A DNA stretch of 64,000 bases, from the IMG/VR virus record IMGVR_UViG_3300021387_000109, positions 12,008 to 76,007 of that record. One strand, given 5' to 3'. Source of the DNA: a virus. Its lineage: Duplodnaviria; Caudoviricetes. Of this stretch, positions 8,852 to 18,007 are shown piece after piece (the first letter of the stretch is position 1; each line of letters begins with the position of its first letter). The notes beneath the pieces are model-generated. The model ran no database searches, was not told where the DNA came from, and worked only from the letters and a program-made list of their open reading frames with translations. A program made the position numbers and the translations under genes.

Positions 8852-11149
8852 TTACTTGTTTTCTAATTCTTTAATTCTAGCTTCTAGTTTATTAACCTTG
8901 GCTACTAACACAGCAACTACAGCATTGTAGTCAAGACTTAAGAATCCCTTTTCATCTGCTTTAACAGCATCAGGAATAACATCTTGTACTTCCTGGGCAA
9001 TTAAACCCGTATGTCTTCCATTAGTATCTTTTAGAATGTAATTATAAGATTTAATGCTTGATAGATTTAAGTCACTTATTTCTTTAATATCTGACTTTTT
9101 TCTTCTATCAGAAGTTGCTTGAAAAGATGAAGCTTTAACTTCTTTATTAAAAGTAAATGCATTATTTACTTCTACTTGACCAACATTTGTGTCACTACTA
9201 TTAAAGAATGCTATACCTGTTGCAGTACTTGTTTGGGTTTTAATGCAAAATTTTCCACCAACATTATGATCACCAAAACTTGCATCATCCCCAGATTTAT
9301 TCCAAGTATTATTTGCGAGATTAATAGCACCAGTTAGGGTACCTCCACTTAAAGGTAAATAACTATGTGTATGATTACCAGCAGCTGCTGTCGTTGCTGT
9401 AGTGCCTATAGTTAAATTACTCTTATTATTCCAAGTATATTTTTCTCCAGTGGTAACTAAAGATACATCTGTTCCTCCACTAGCAGCAGTTTTAGAAGAA
9501 TAAGTTGTATTGTTATCAGCAGGAGTCTTGAAGATAACACTAGTACCTCCTGCTGTTAACTTGTAAACAGTATTATGAGCAAGTGTTACAGTGGCTGTGC
9601 CTGAGTCAGTAGCAAGAGTTGTTGTGTGGGTATGATCACCCTTAGCAGCAGTAGTACTTGTAGTGCCTAAAGCAAGGCTACTCTTATTATTCCAGGTATA
9701 TTTCTCACCTGTAGTTACTAGAGAAACATCAGTACCACCACTTGCTGCTGTCTTTGAACTATAAGTGGTATTGGTATCAGGAGGAACTTGCCAAGTGCCA
9801 TCTTCTCTTAGGTACTTTGTGGTACCTGCTGTTGTAGAAGGAGCAGGAACCAAACCAGCTGCTGCGCCTGAGCCTGATTTAACAAAGTTACTATAAGTGG
9901 TATTGTTATCTTGTTGTGTAAATGTACCTGTAGTACCATCAACACATGTGTATGTAAATGTTGTACCACTTCTAGTAATAGTAGTAATAGCCTTATCAGC
10001 CTTGCCTTTTACATAATCGGCAATTTGTTTAGCAGGCCATACTCTATTAGCAGTATCAGTACCAGTAGTTAATTGAGCAGTAGTACCTGCTGAGTAAGTA
10101 GTATTAGTGTCTTTTACCTTCTGGTTCGTTGTACTAATACCTACAACGTGACCTTTAGCATCTCTGCTTAAAGTAATTCCAGTAATTACATTGTATTCAG
10201 TATTAAGTGCATATGCACCTGTACTAGATACATCATTTGTTAATGCAGAATCAGCATTAGCACTAGGAGTATAGTGATTACCAACAGAAGTAACTTTTGT
10301 ATCTGTATTGGTATCCTGAGTAACTAAAGTATCAGTAGTATCATCACCTCTGGTAAAAGTAATTGTTTTCCCAGAAATGCTTAAATCTTTAATGTAATTT
10401 GCACTATCACTATCTAGTTTATTTCCAATATTGTTAGCTACTGTAGTAGCAAAATTGGGATCATTACCAAGTGCTGTAGATAATTCAGAAAGTGTATTGA
10501 GAGTTTCTGGAGCATTATCAACTAATGATGCTAATTCATTAGCAATTTTTGCATCTAATACTTTTGCAGTAATTGATCTTGCAGTTGTGGCTGTACCTGC
10601 TAAAGCTTCAGCCTCTGACATGGCTGAGTATTTAGTATTAGTATCCCAATTAGAAAGTTTCCAACAACCTGTAAAAGAAGTTGCAGTATCATTTATAGTA
10701 ACTGTAGCTGTATCTTCTGCATCATATACTAATACAAGTATCGTACCTACAGGATAATGTGTAGTTACTAATGTGTCTGCATTTAGAAGAACTGGATGTT
10801 CTCCCAAATTATTAATATTTAGCGTTACACCATCAGAAACTCCTGCTACAGGTACTTTATAACTGATGGTTAAACCTGAATGAAGGGCATTTATATTACT
10901 TATTGTACCTGCCCAAATTGATCTAGTAACTCCTTTAGTACCTACAGTACCAGTAGGAGAACTAACATAATAAATACCATCCTTAGGGGATGAAGCCAGA
11001 CTAGTTAAAGTCTGTTTGTCTTCAGCAGACATGAATCCTGCTTTAGACGTTGTTGCATTACTATGAGTATGAGAAGCTCGGGCAAACTTCTCTTTACTAC
11101 CTTCTGCAAATCTTTCTAGATTATCTGGTGTAACAATATTAACTGTCAT
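8852..11149 (-). CDS. Long tail fibre protein with C-terminal peptidase S74 chaperone domain
   Basis: LVDNAPETLNTLSELSTALGNDPNFATTV fibre motif, Thr-rich DTNTTY repeats, FQATSDRRKKSD...GLIAQEV...SLDYNAVVA. Confidence 0.88.
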   Translation of the reverse strand: MTVNIVTPDNLERFAEGSKEKFARASHTHSNATTSKAGFMSAEDKQTLTSLASSPKDGIYYVSSPTGTVGTKGVTRSIWAGTISNINALHSGLTISYKVPVAGVSDGVTLNINNLGEHPVLLNADTLVTTHYPVGTILVLVYDAEDTATVTINDTATSFTGCWKLSNWDTNTKYSAMSEAEALAGTATTARSITAKVLDAKIANELASLVDNAPETLNTLSELSTALGNDPNFATTVANNIGNKLDSDSANYIKDLSISGKTITFTRGDDTTDTLVTQDTNTDTKVTSVGNHYTPSANADSALTNDVSSTGAYALNTEYNVITGITLSRDAKGHVVGISTTNQKVKDTNTTYSAGTTAQLTTGTDTANRVWPAKQIADYVKGKADKAITTITRSGTTFTYTCVDGTTGTFTQQDNNTTYSNFVKSGSGAAAGLVPAPSTTAGTTKYLREDGTWQVPPDTNTTYSSKTAASGGTDVSLVTTGEKYTWNNKSSLALGTTSTTAAKGDHTHTTTLATDSGTATVTLAHNTVYKLTAGGTSVIFKTPADNNTTYSSKTAASGGTDVSLVTTGEKYTWNNKSNLTIGTTATTAAAGNHTHSYLPLSGGTLTGAINLANNTWNKSGDDASFGDHNVGGKFCIKTQTSTATGIAFFNSSDTNVGQVEVNNAFTFNKEVKASSFQATSDRRKKSDIKEISDLNLSSIKSYNYILKDTNGRHTGLIAQEVQDVIPDAVKADEKGFLSLDYNAVVAVLVAKVNKLEARIKELENK
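9419..9772 (-). repeat. Two copies (9419-9511, 9680-9772) of an identical 31-aa module inside the long fibre gene
   Basis: NTTYSSKTAASGGTDVSLVTTGEKYTWNNKS twice; 18 of 31 codons differ synonymously (hand alignment). Confidence 0.9.
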
Positions 11150-11186
11150 ACAAAATTTACCTAACTTCTCATACCATAGTTTTAGG

Positions 11187-11849
11187 TTAGTCTGCTAAAA
11201 GAGCATCAACCTGTGCATCAGTCATAGCCTTGAATTCGGCTGTGGTTGTGTAAGCAGAGAGATCAACTACACCTGCAAGCACGTCCCAACCAGTACCATT
11301 CCAAGCTACGTTATCACCAGCCTTGACATTGGCGGCAGGATTGGCCTGAGCAACGTTGTACATATCACCAACTTCTGGAGAAGCAGGAAGTTCAGCATAT
11401 GTATCAACAGAACCCTTATAATGAACGGCAGAAGAAATCTTGCCATCAATCTCACTCTTGGTGTATGCGTCAGTAATGCCATAACCAGCAAGAGTAGTAG
11501 CCTCTACTAGAGCATCATAAGCAACTCTCTTAGTAGCATTGATACCAGAGTTAGCAGCAGCCTGCTGTGCTTCTGTAGCAACATCAGATAACTGAGTTGG
11601 AACAGTTACATCAACAGCCTTACCATCAACAGTAAGAGCAGTACCATTGACCTTGACGGATTCGATGACATTGACCTGAGCGCCAGACTCAAGACCATCA
11701 ACCTTATCCTTAAGACCAGCACCGGTCTCAGCATTACTGCGGATGGTAGCAAGATCTGCAATGTTATCCTGCTTGGTAGCGAACTTAGCTTTTACATTAG
11801 CGCCAAATCGCTGTAGGTTTTCATGGGAAACAAAAGGAAAATCAGCCAT
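11187..11849 (-). CDS. Virion structural / fibre-associated protein
   Basis: TTLAGYGITDAYTKSEID fibre motif and HYKGSV..YAELP...GDMYNV...GDNVAWNG..WDVLAG repeat module. Confidence 0.7.
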   Translation of the reverse strand: MADFPFVSHENLQRFGANVKAKFATKQDNIADLATIRSNAETGAGLKDKVDGLESGAQVNVIESVKVNGTALTVDGKAVDVTVPTQLSDVATEAQQAAANSGINATKRVAYDALVEATTLAGYGITDAYTKSEIDGKISSAVHYKGSVDTYAELPASPEVGDMYNVAQANPAANVKAGDNVAWNGTGWDVLAGVVDLSAYTTTAEFKAMTDAQVDALLAD

Positions 11850-11861
11850 TATTTATTAGCC

Positions 11862-13052
11862 TTATAAAGAAATAGCATCAACTTCAGAATCAGTGAGTTC
11901 TCTGATCAGATCCTGTTTTTCTGTCTCATAGTTAGCCTGTAAGACAGACCAATCAGAATCCTTGAACTCTCCACTAAAGTCTTTGATGCAGATGATTAAA
12001 TCTCCAACTTCGCATACTTGTCCAGCATAAGTACCAGCTTCTTTAACTGTGTACTGCCAACCGGACTTATATCCTTCAGTTGGAAGTCCATTAGCCTTGG
12101 TTACAGCACCCCTAAAGTGAATTCCTTCTGCAAGAGCAGACTGAACACCCTCTCTAAGTGATACAACCTCAGCCAATACGTTAGACTCCTCTCCATCTGC
12201 ATCAGTAATACTAACTTGACTAGCAGTAGTTTGAGGAGCAATATCCTCTCTGCCTTCATCCCCATTATGGTAAATCTGATTACCTTCAAGGAATGCGGCA
12301 GTAGAAAGAATCGTTTTGATTTGAATAAGTGCTCGTTCAGCCTTATCAATAGCATCAGCCACTTCCTGTTTACCAAGAGCGGCTACCCAAGCATTTATTT
12401 CATCCCCTTCTTGAACAGGGAACAATAACTTAACTGTCTTTGACAGTTGATCAGGAGTACCTACTTCTTCATACTGTTTATCCTTAAACAGCATCAAGCC
12501 ATTCCAGGCAAGTCTCAAATGGTTTCTTCCAACCAGATAAGAAACTTCCAATTCAACTTCAGCACCCTCACCATAAGAAGCATCTACATTCCAAACTGAC
12601 TGAACACAACCTAAACCAGAGAAAGTAAGAACTTCTGCTTCAACCTTATTGGACAGATCCTTGATTTCTTCAAGATCATTCTTGACACTATCAGCATCCA
12701 ACTTAATCAACTGGATCTGATTAAAGATATCCTGACTCTTATCCAGATCATTTTTAACATCATTAGACAGATCAGACAACTGTTCATACTGGTTCTCAAG
12801 AGCCTGTACTTTCTCCTGAGCATCTGTAATCTTTGTTATCAGTTCTTGTTTAAGATCTTCTGCAACATCCAGTTTACTTAGAAACTCTTCCAGATCTGTT
12901 AGATGCAAATAAACATCCTTAACCACATAATAGGCTTCACCTAAAATATGGTCTACAACAGGTACTGGTTGTGTACTGCCATTAGGATGATAATGACGGG
13001 GATAATTAATCTGTCTTATATATGGCTGAGGGGTTAATAATCTTGGTTCCAT
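11862..13052 (-). CDS. Virion structural / tail appendage protein
   Basis: N-terminal PVVDHILGEAY..VK.VY..L typical of N4-like appendage anchors, coiled coil, C-terminal HFRGAV....LP...GW.Y.V...G...EVGDLII module shared with the next gene. Confidence 0.65.
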   Translation of the reverse strand: MEPRLLTPQPYIRQINYPRHYHPNGSTQPVPVVDHILGEAYYVVKDVYLHLTDLEEFLSKLDVAEDLKQELITKITDAQEKVQALENQYEQLSDLSNDVKNDLDKSQDIFNQIQLIKLDADSVKNDLEEIKDLSNKVEAEVLTFSGLGCVQSVWNVDASYGEGAEVELEVSYLVGRNHLRLAWNGLMLFKDKQYEEVGTPDQLSKTVKLLFPVQEGDEINAWVAALGKQEVADAIDKAERALIQIKTILSTAAFLEGNQIYHNGDEGREDIAPQTTASQVSITDADGEESNVLAEVVSLREGVQSALAEGIHFRGAVTKANGLPTEGYKSGWQYTVKEAGTYAGQVCEVGDLIICIKDFSGEFKDSDWSVLQANYETEKQDLIRELTDSEVDAISL

Positions 13053-13078
13053 AGGAAACTCTTATAAATGTTTATTTA

Positions 13079-13106
13079 AGTATAAGCAGGATAATAGAAT
13101 ATGCAA
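13079..13106 (-). promoter_or_regulatory. Probable sigma70 late promoter for tail genes
   Basis: Minus strand TTGCAT-16 nt-TATACT in the 13053-13112 intergenic gap. Confidence 0.45.
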
Positions 13107-13112
13107 AATTAT

Positions 13113-13808
13113 TTACACCCAGCCATTCTTTCTAAATTTCATGCCTGTTCTATTAACAGAAACAGTTATGGAATCATTGGCAATGGCATCATTAACAATC
13201 TGTTCATAAATGCTCATATGCTTCTGAGCATTAACAACAGCCTCCTGAGTATTCATATTTGAATACACCTGATAAGCAACATATGCCCTTAAAGCACCTT
13301 CAAGAACTTCAGGAATCTGAATCTCCTGATCCAGATCTCCAGTAATCTTTGGATGCTTTGCCCAATACTTAACATAGAGTACTGTACCACCTACAGGTCT
13401 TCTTACCTGAAGAACATTGTATAATGGTGTGTAAACACTCCATTCCTCATCAGGATTATTAATGGGAAGTTCAATATCAGGAGATGTTCTTACTTCATAA
13501 ATCTTTAGAACATCATCTTCAAACTTATGATTTCCCAAGTCAAATATATATTTAATTTCCTTGCTTTCTTCATTTGAATATGCATGAGCATATGTAAGAG
13601 GATAATCCGTCTTCCATTCAAGCAATTCCAAATAAAGAGTTTTTTTAATCAAGGGAAACCTAGAGCAAAGTCTAAGCAATCCTTCATTTATATATTCAAC
13701 TACTACAGGTATCTTGTCTTCTTGGATCTCACCTGAACCAGAAGAACCAAACCTAGTATTGCTTAATTCTCCATGAGACAGTTGAGTTAACAGCTCACTT
13801 AATTTCAT
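13113..13808 (-). CDS. Head-tail adaptor / virion protein (N4 gp67-like)
   Basis: MKLSELLTQLSHGELSN...INEGLLRLCSRF...YVAYQVY...KFRKNGWV; follows the terminase gene as in N4. Confidence 0.8.
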   Translation of the reverse strand: MKLSELLTQLSHGELSNTRFGSSGSGEIQEDKIPVVVEYINEGLLRLCSRFPLIKKTLYLELLEWKTDYPLTYAHAYSNEESKEIKYIFDLGNHKFEDDVLKIYEVRTSPDIELPINNPDEEWSVYTPLYNVLQVRRPVGGTVLYVKYWAKHPKITGDLDQEIQIPEVLEGALRAYVAYQVYSNMNTQEAVVNAQKHMSIYEQIVNDAIANDSITVSVNRTGMKFRKNGWV

Positions 13809-15397
13809 ACAATATACGAATCCATTCTGCTTACAGGTTCTTCATATTCTTCTGGATAGATAGCATTGCCATACTGATTGACTATAACAGGAGTTTCAGC
13901 TGGTTTCCAAGGTTCTAAATATCCCAACATACTAATGGTATCCAGACAATCATCATGCCCTTTAATCCCACTTTTTGTGGTTAATTTAATTTCCTGCATG
14001 AACTTACCCATAATTATAGAATCTCTCATCTCTTCAGGAAATTTTATTTTTCCAGCCTTGAACCAAGGAACAACCATATTAAACCTAGTCAGTTTATCAA
14101 TGGATGGTCTGATACCAGGTTGATTCTTGGTTCTAGCAAAATTGAACCAGATATTCCTAGTCATCATCTCCTTTTCCAACCATTGAATAAATGCTCCCTG
14201 CTGACCTGTAATTTCAATGCCTACACTTTGAGGCTTGTAATCAACAACAAATTTGAACAAGTCATCTACATTCTTGTCCATTGTTTGTTTTTCACAAATA
14301 CCATCTACCCAGAACCAGTCTCCATTAAAGTTATAAGCCCATACACTAATGACTGAATCATCAGCAGTCTGTTTCTTACTGGTGGCAAAGTCAGTAGTAA
14401 TATAAAAGTTATACCTATTTGGATTCTTCAATAACTCAGATCTTGAATACCACCTGATTTCAGAATCCTGTACCATTCTTTCATCATCAGAAGTAATTCT
14501 TAACATCAACTCCTGATAAAAAGCATTCAACTTACCTGTCTTTAAAGCAAGATCATACTGACTTTTAATATAATCATATGAGAATCTGTCAGGCCATGCT
14601 CCTCTAAAATCCTTAATAGAACAGGGAAACTTCTCACACACAGGCCATACGTTTACATCCCATGCACCAGATTCAACAGCTTCAATCAGAATGTCATCCT
14701 TATTGAATGGAGTGCCATTGAAGATAACCTTTCTTCTTGTTGGATCAAGAGCATGGTTAACACCCTTGTAAACAGTATCTTTAATTAGATTCATTACTGT
14801 CTGAGAGTTGGCTGCTTCATCACTTAACAGGTCATCAAGCACACAAAGAACAGGTCTCTTGCCAAATATCTTTGTACCTCTTAAACCAGTAGTAGCACCA
14901 AATAACTTAACTCCCAACTGTTCTCCCTTCTTGTTCTTAAATTCCAAGTAAGCATCAGTAAACTTAGCCTCTGGAATCCATTCCTGAAGGAAATCAGAAT
15001 GTTCATATCTGAACTCAATATTCTTTCTGGCACTCTTTGCACCATTCTCCATTGAGTCAGCAATGTAAATCATTCCATCTACAGGACCAAATCCAGGTAT
15101 TTCATGGAATACTGCCAAATACAAAGTAAAGTACTCCATAAATAGAGTAGTCTTAGCGGCACCTCTAAAGCATAGATTAGCAATATATTCATTACCACTA
15201 ACTACTTTATCAAGCATAGCTAAATGAACAGCAGGAGTTTTATGACTTTCTCCTTCTGCTCCATTAACCAGTTTAATAAAACTCATGAATCCTAGAGCAA
15301 ACTCAGAAGGAACATAATTTGAAGAATTCAGATATGAATAATCTACTTGGTCTAACCAAGTATCAAGATCCTGTTTCTTAATTGTCATTTTCTTCAA
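13805..15397 (-). CDS. Terminase large subunit (N4 gp68-like)
   Basis: CFRGAAKTT Walker A, LCVLDDLL Walker B, TTDFATS and HDDCLDTISM RNase H nuclease motifs. Confidence 0.95.
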   Translation of the reverse strand: MKKMTIKKQDLDTWLDQVDYSYLNSSNYVPSEFALGFMSFIKLVNGAEGESHKTPAVHLAMLDKVVSGNEYIANLCFRGAAKTTLFMEYFTLYLAVFHEIPGFGPVDGMIYIADSMENGAKSARKNIEFRYEHSDFLQEWIPEAKFTDAYLEFKNKKGEQLGVKLFGATTGLRGTKIFGKRPVLCVLDDLLSDEAANSQTVMNLIKDTVYKGVNHALDPTRRKVIFNGTPFNKDDILIEAVESGAWDVNVWPVCEKFPCSIKDFRGAWPDRFSYDYIKSQYDLALKTGKLNAFYQELMLRITSDDERMVQDSEIRWYSRSELLKNPNRYNFYITTDFATSKKQTADDSVISVWAYNFNGDWFWVDGICEKQTMDKNVDDLFKFVVDYKPQSVGIEITGQQGAFIQWLEKEMMTRNIWFNFARTKNQPGIRPSIDKLTRFNMVVPWFKAGKIKFPEEMRDSIIMGKFMQEIKLTTKSGIKGHDDCLDTISMLGYLEPWKPAETPVIVNQYGNAIYPEEYEEPVSRMDSYIV

Positions 15398-16058
15398 TCA
15401 CTAAATCCTGTTCAATTACCTCCTTGGTTGTTGCTCCTGCCTTAATCAACTCCTGTTGCTTCTTGGCAAGTTCAACCAAGGCTTTCTTCATATCTTCTAT
15501 ACCAGAATCCTTTCTCATGTCAATATTAACTAGAGGTGCTACAGCATCAGGCTTCTTTAAATGATTGAGAATACTATCAGCTGCCATTGCTCTTACTCTT
15601 TCACTCTTGGCATTAGCCATTAACTCAGCCTGAGTATTAATAGCTTTCTGATAAATATCCTGATTAAGCACCCAGGTAGGAACCAGAGTCTGTTCAAGGA
15701 TAAGATTAACTAACTTACCTTTATTGTATGCTGCTACATAAGCAGCCTGATCCTTTGCACTAACCCCTCTTACCAAGAAGTTCTGATACCTATCCGGAAA
15801 AGTCTTGATGTAACTTTCCTGATTGCTGAATCCCATTAACTTGTAAGAGACATACTTAATGGCATTGAGATATTCATTAGCATCAAACTTACCTTCCTGA
15901 AGAATGTGCGTATATCCAATGAAGTTCTTCTTGATCTCTTCTGCTTCTACTGGATCAGATGCAACATTATTCAATTTATCCAATAGTTCCTGAGTAGCGC
16001 ATCTTCTTAAATTTTTAGGAAGTGCTTTTTCTAATAACGGCAAAGTAATCTGTTCCAT
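15378..16058 (-). CDS. Terminase small subunit-like protein (N4 gp69-like)
   Basis: YLNAIKYVSYKLMG, TFPDRY, YNKGKLVNLILEQTLVPTWVLNQD.YQKAINTQ..LM, AADSILNHLK. Confidence 0.85.
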   Translation of the reverse strand: MEQITLPLLEKALPKNLRRCATQELLDKLNNVASDPVEAEEIKKNFIGYTHILQEGKFDANEYLNAIKYVSYKLMGFSNQESYIKTFPDRYQNFLVRGVSAKDQAAYVAAYNKGKLVNLILEQTLVPTWVLNQDIYQKAINTQAELMANAKSERVRAMAADSILNHLKKPDAVAPLVNIDMRKDSGIEDMKKALVELAKKQQELIKAGATTKEVIEQDLVIEENDN

Positions 16059-16428
16059 ATGAATCCTTTTAGATAAATATAGTAGATTATATGCATTTTT
16101 TATAAAAATTCATAAAAAGGGTTCCTGTAAATAATTTGAACCAGAAAAGAAAAGATTTTTAAAAATCTACTATATCCTCCTGAAAGCCTCTAGGAGCCTT
16201 TGAGTACCCTTTGCAATAGGGTTACTAGGGCTAACCTCATTTGGTTCAATGGGGACCCTTTTTAAGCGATTTTAGAGCATATATGAGAAAGGAATAAAGG
16301 AAGGATAGATACGAATTGTTTTTTACATAATGAGAGGGGTAGATACGAATTATTTTTGATGGTAGGAGAGAGGTGTAATACCAGGGGGGCTTGCCCCCCA
16401 ATAAATCAACTATCCCCCCCCCTCTTTT
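16059..16428. other. Non-coding interval between divergent late and early blocks; probable genome end / terminal repeat region
   Basis: No ORF; 12 bp direct repeat TAGATACGAATT (16306, 16340); G6-CTTG-C6 hairpin (16384-16399); C9 run; position matches N4 genome ends. Confidence 0.55.
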
Positions 16429-16447
16429 GGACTGTCGTCCTTAATTG
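16429..16447 (+). promoter_or_regulatory. vRNAP hairpin promoter P1 (predicted +1 G16447)
   Basis: GGAC-TGTC-GTCC-TTAATT-G; template-strand loop GACA closed by C-G. Confidence 0.7.
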
Positions 16448-16477
16448 ACTATTATCCTTTACTCATGGAGGTACATC

Positions 16478-16666
16478 ATGGATAACTATGGCCTTTCTCA
16501 GATCATTTCTTATCAGCTTGCGGAAATCCGTCAGGAGTTGCGTGAGCAGAGCGAGACTGAAGAACGGAACTGGCTCGTAGAAGAGCAAGAGCGCTTAGCA
16601 GGGATTCTGTGGACTTTGCACAGTGAGAACAAGGATCTCAAGGCTAAGAAGGAAGAAGACGACTAA
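16478..16666 (+). CDS. Pre-early hypothetical protein (62 aa)
   Basis: GGAGG SD, ATG 16478, own promoter and terminator. Confidence 0.8.
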   Translation: MDNYGLSQIISYQLAEIRQELREQSETEERNWLVEEQERLAGILWTLHSENKDLKAKKEEDD

Positions 16667-16671
16667 CCTTC

Positions 16672-16715
16672 AAAGGAGAAGGAACATTTAATAATGTTCC
16701 TTTCTCCTTTTTTTT
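16672..16715 (+). terminator. Rho-independent terminator
   Basis: AAAGGAGAAGGAACATT/AATGTTCCTTTCTCCTTT stem plus T-run. Confidence 0.85.
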
Positions 16716-16787
16716 CTTTATTTATTTCTTTAACACTCTTAACACATATACACATACACACATACACACTCAACCATACTCATTATT

Positions 16788-16807
16788 AGTCCTGTCGGAC
16801 TTAATTG
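16788..16807 (+). promoter_or_regulatory. vRNAP hairpin promoter P2 (predicted +1 G16807)
   Basis: AGTCC-TGTC-GGACT-TAATT-G. Confidence 0.8.
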
Positions 16808-16833
16808 ACATTAACCTTTCTAAGGAGATTACT

Positions 16834-17046
16834 ATGGGTTTCTTCAAAGGCGATATCACCAAGACTCTTAAGAACGCTTCTAAGGCTTGGGAGATCAAGA
16901 CAAGAGAGTGGTGTATTGAAACTAAAGATCAAGCACTACTTGATTTAGCAGAACATCGAAAGGATCTTGCAGAAAGAAAGCAAGAGTTAGGAGTAGATGA
17001 AAATGCTTGGAAGGCATTACAGAAGGAATTGGAGGACTTCAAATGA
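16834..17046 (+). CDS. Pre-early hypothetical protein (70 aa)
   Basis: AAGGAG SD, own promoter and terminator. Confidence 0.8.
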   Translation: MGFFKGDITKTLKNASKAWEIKTREWCIETKDQALLDLAEHRKDLAERKQELGVDENAWKALQKELEDFK

Positions 17047-17055
17047 CCTAAAATA

Positions 17056-17090
17056 AATAAAAGAGTACTTAATGTACTCTTTTATTTTTT
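17056..17090 (+). terminator. Rho-independent terminator
   Basis: AATAAAAGAGTAC/GTACTCTTTTATT 13 bp stem plus T-run. Confidence 0.8.
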
Positions 17091-17293
17091 ATTTACTTCT
17101 TTTTTATGGTTACACCCTTATTATACTGATAGTATATATATAAGGAAGAAGAAAGTCAAGAGAAAGATACATATTAATATTAGGTAAAAGTATGTAGATT
17201 TTATTTATACTTACTTTATATTTACTTACTTCTTATATCTTCCTTATAACTTAAAGAGGTAATAACTACTAAAGTGGTTATTTATAGTTTCAC

Positions 17294-17315
17294 TAAGTTC
17301 TGACGAACTTAATTG
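17294..17315 (+). promoter_or_regulatory. vRNAP hairpin promoter P3 (predicted +1 G17315)
   Basis: TAAGTTC-TGAC-GAACTTA-ATT-G. Confidence 0.8.
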
Positions 17316-17357
17316 AAAGAGAGAATTCCTCTCTCTTAACAACTCTAGGAGGCTTCA

Positions 17358-17621
17358 ATGCTTGAAAAGTTTATCAACCAAGAAGGACTTCGTGGCTATC
17401 GTGTAGAAGAGGCCAATGGCTTCTACTTCACTACTATCGAAGGGGACGAAATGTCTGATGTAGATGTAACAGTCTACGCCTTCAGTGCAGAATACATCCT
17501 TGATCGCATCACTCCGATGCCCTTCAAGGAGCAGGCTAAGCGACTGTACAATGAGTACAAGAACTCATTCCTGTTTAACAACATGCATGCCAACCTGTCT
17601 TTGAATAATGTTCTTTATTAG
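17358..17621 (+). CDS. Pre-early hypothetical protein (87 aa)
   Basis: AGGAGG SD, own promoter and terminator. Confidence 0.8.
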   Translation: MLEKFINQEGLRGYRVEEANGFYFTTIEGDEMSDVDVTVYAFSAEYILDRITPMPFKEQAKRLYNEYKNSFLFNNMHANLSLNNVLY

Positions 17622-17635
17622 GTTGGCAAATATCT

Positions 17636-17670
17636 GACCCATCATCATTTTGGTGTTGGGTCTTTTTTTT
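17636..17670 (+). terminator. Rho-independent terminator
   Basis: GACCC...GGGTC-closed stem plus T8. Confidence 0.75.
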
Positions 17671-17671
17671 C

Positions 17672-17693
17672 TAAGTCCTGACGGACTTAATAG
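17672..17693 (+). promoter_or_regulatory. vRNAP hairpin promoter P4 (predicted +1 G17693)
   Basis: TAAGTCC-TGAC-GGACTTA-ATA-G. Confidence 0.8.
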
Positions 17694-17718
17694 GATCAAC
17701 ACACAAGGAGGATACATC

Positions 17719-17940
17719 ATGGTTCCTATGGATATCAATGCTTACAAGGCTCTTGATGCTGAATACACCAAGGTGTTTGGTGAATTGGAAAGCATCTATT
17801 ACCTTGAAGTTCTGCCCTTTGGCAAGGCAGATAATGAAGCCGAATATAGTAGGCTTCAGAGTCGTCTTTCTGAGATTTCTCGCACTATGGATAAGTGGAG
17901 AAGTCTCATTGACGAAACTGAGCAAATTCTCAAGAAGTAA
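17719..17940 (+). CDS. Pre-early hypothetical protein (73 aa)
   Basis: AAGGAGG SD before ATG 17719 (start corrected from ORF track). Confidence 0.8.
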   Translation: MVPMDINAYKALDAEYTKVFGELESIYYLEVLPFGKADNEAEYSRLQSRLSEISRTMDKWRSLIDETEQILKK

Positions 17941-17987
17941 AAGATTTGAACCAGTGGCTACTTTGACCATTGGTTCATTTCCCTATT

Positions 17988-18007
17988 AGCCCTGTCGGGC
18001 TTAATTG
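17988..18007 (+). promoter_or_regulatory. vRNAP hairpin promoter P5 (predicted +1 G18007)
   Basis: AGCCC-TGTC-GGGCT-TAATT-G. Confidence 0.8.
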
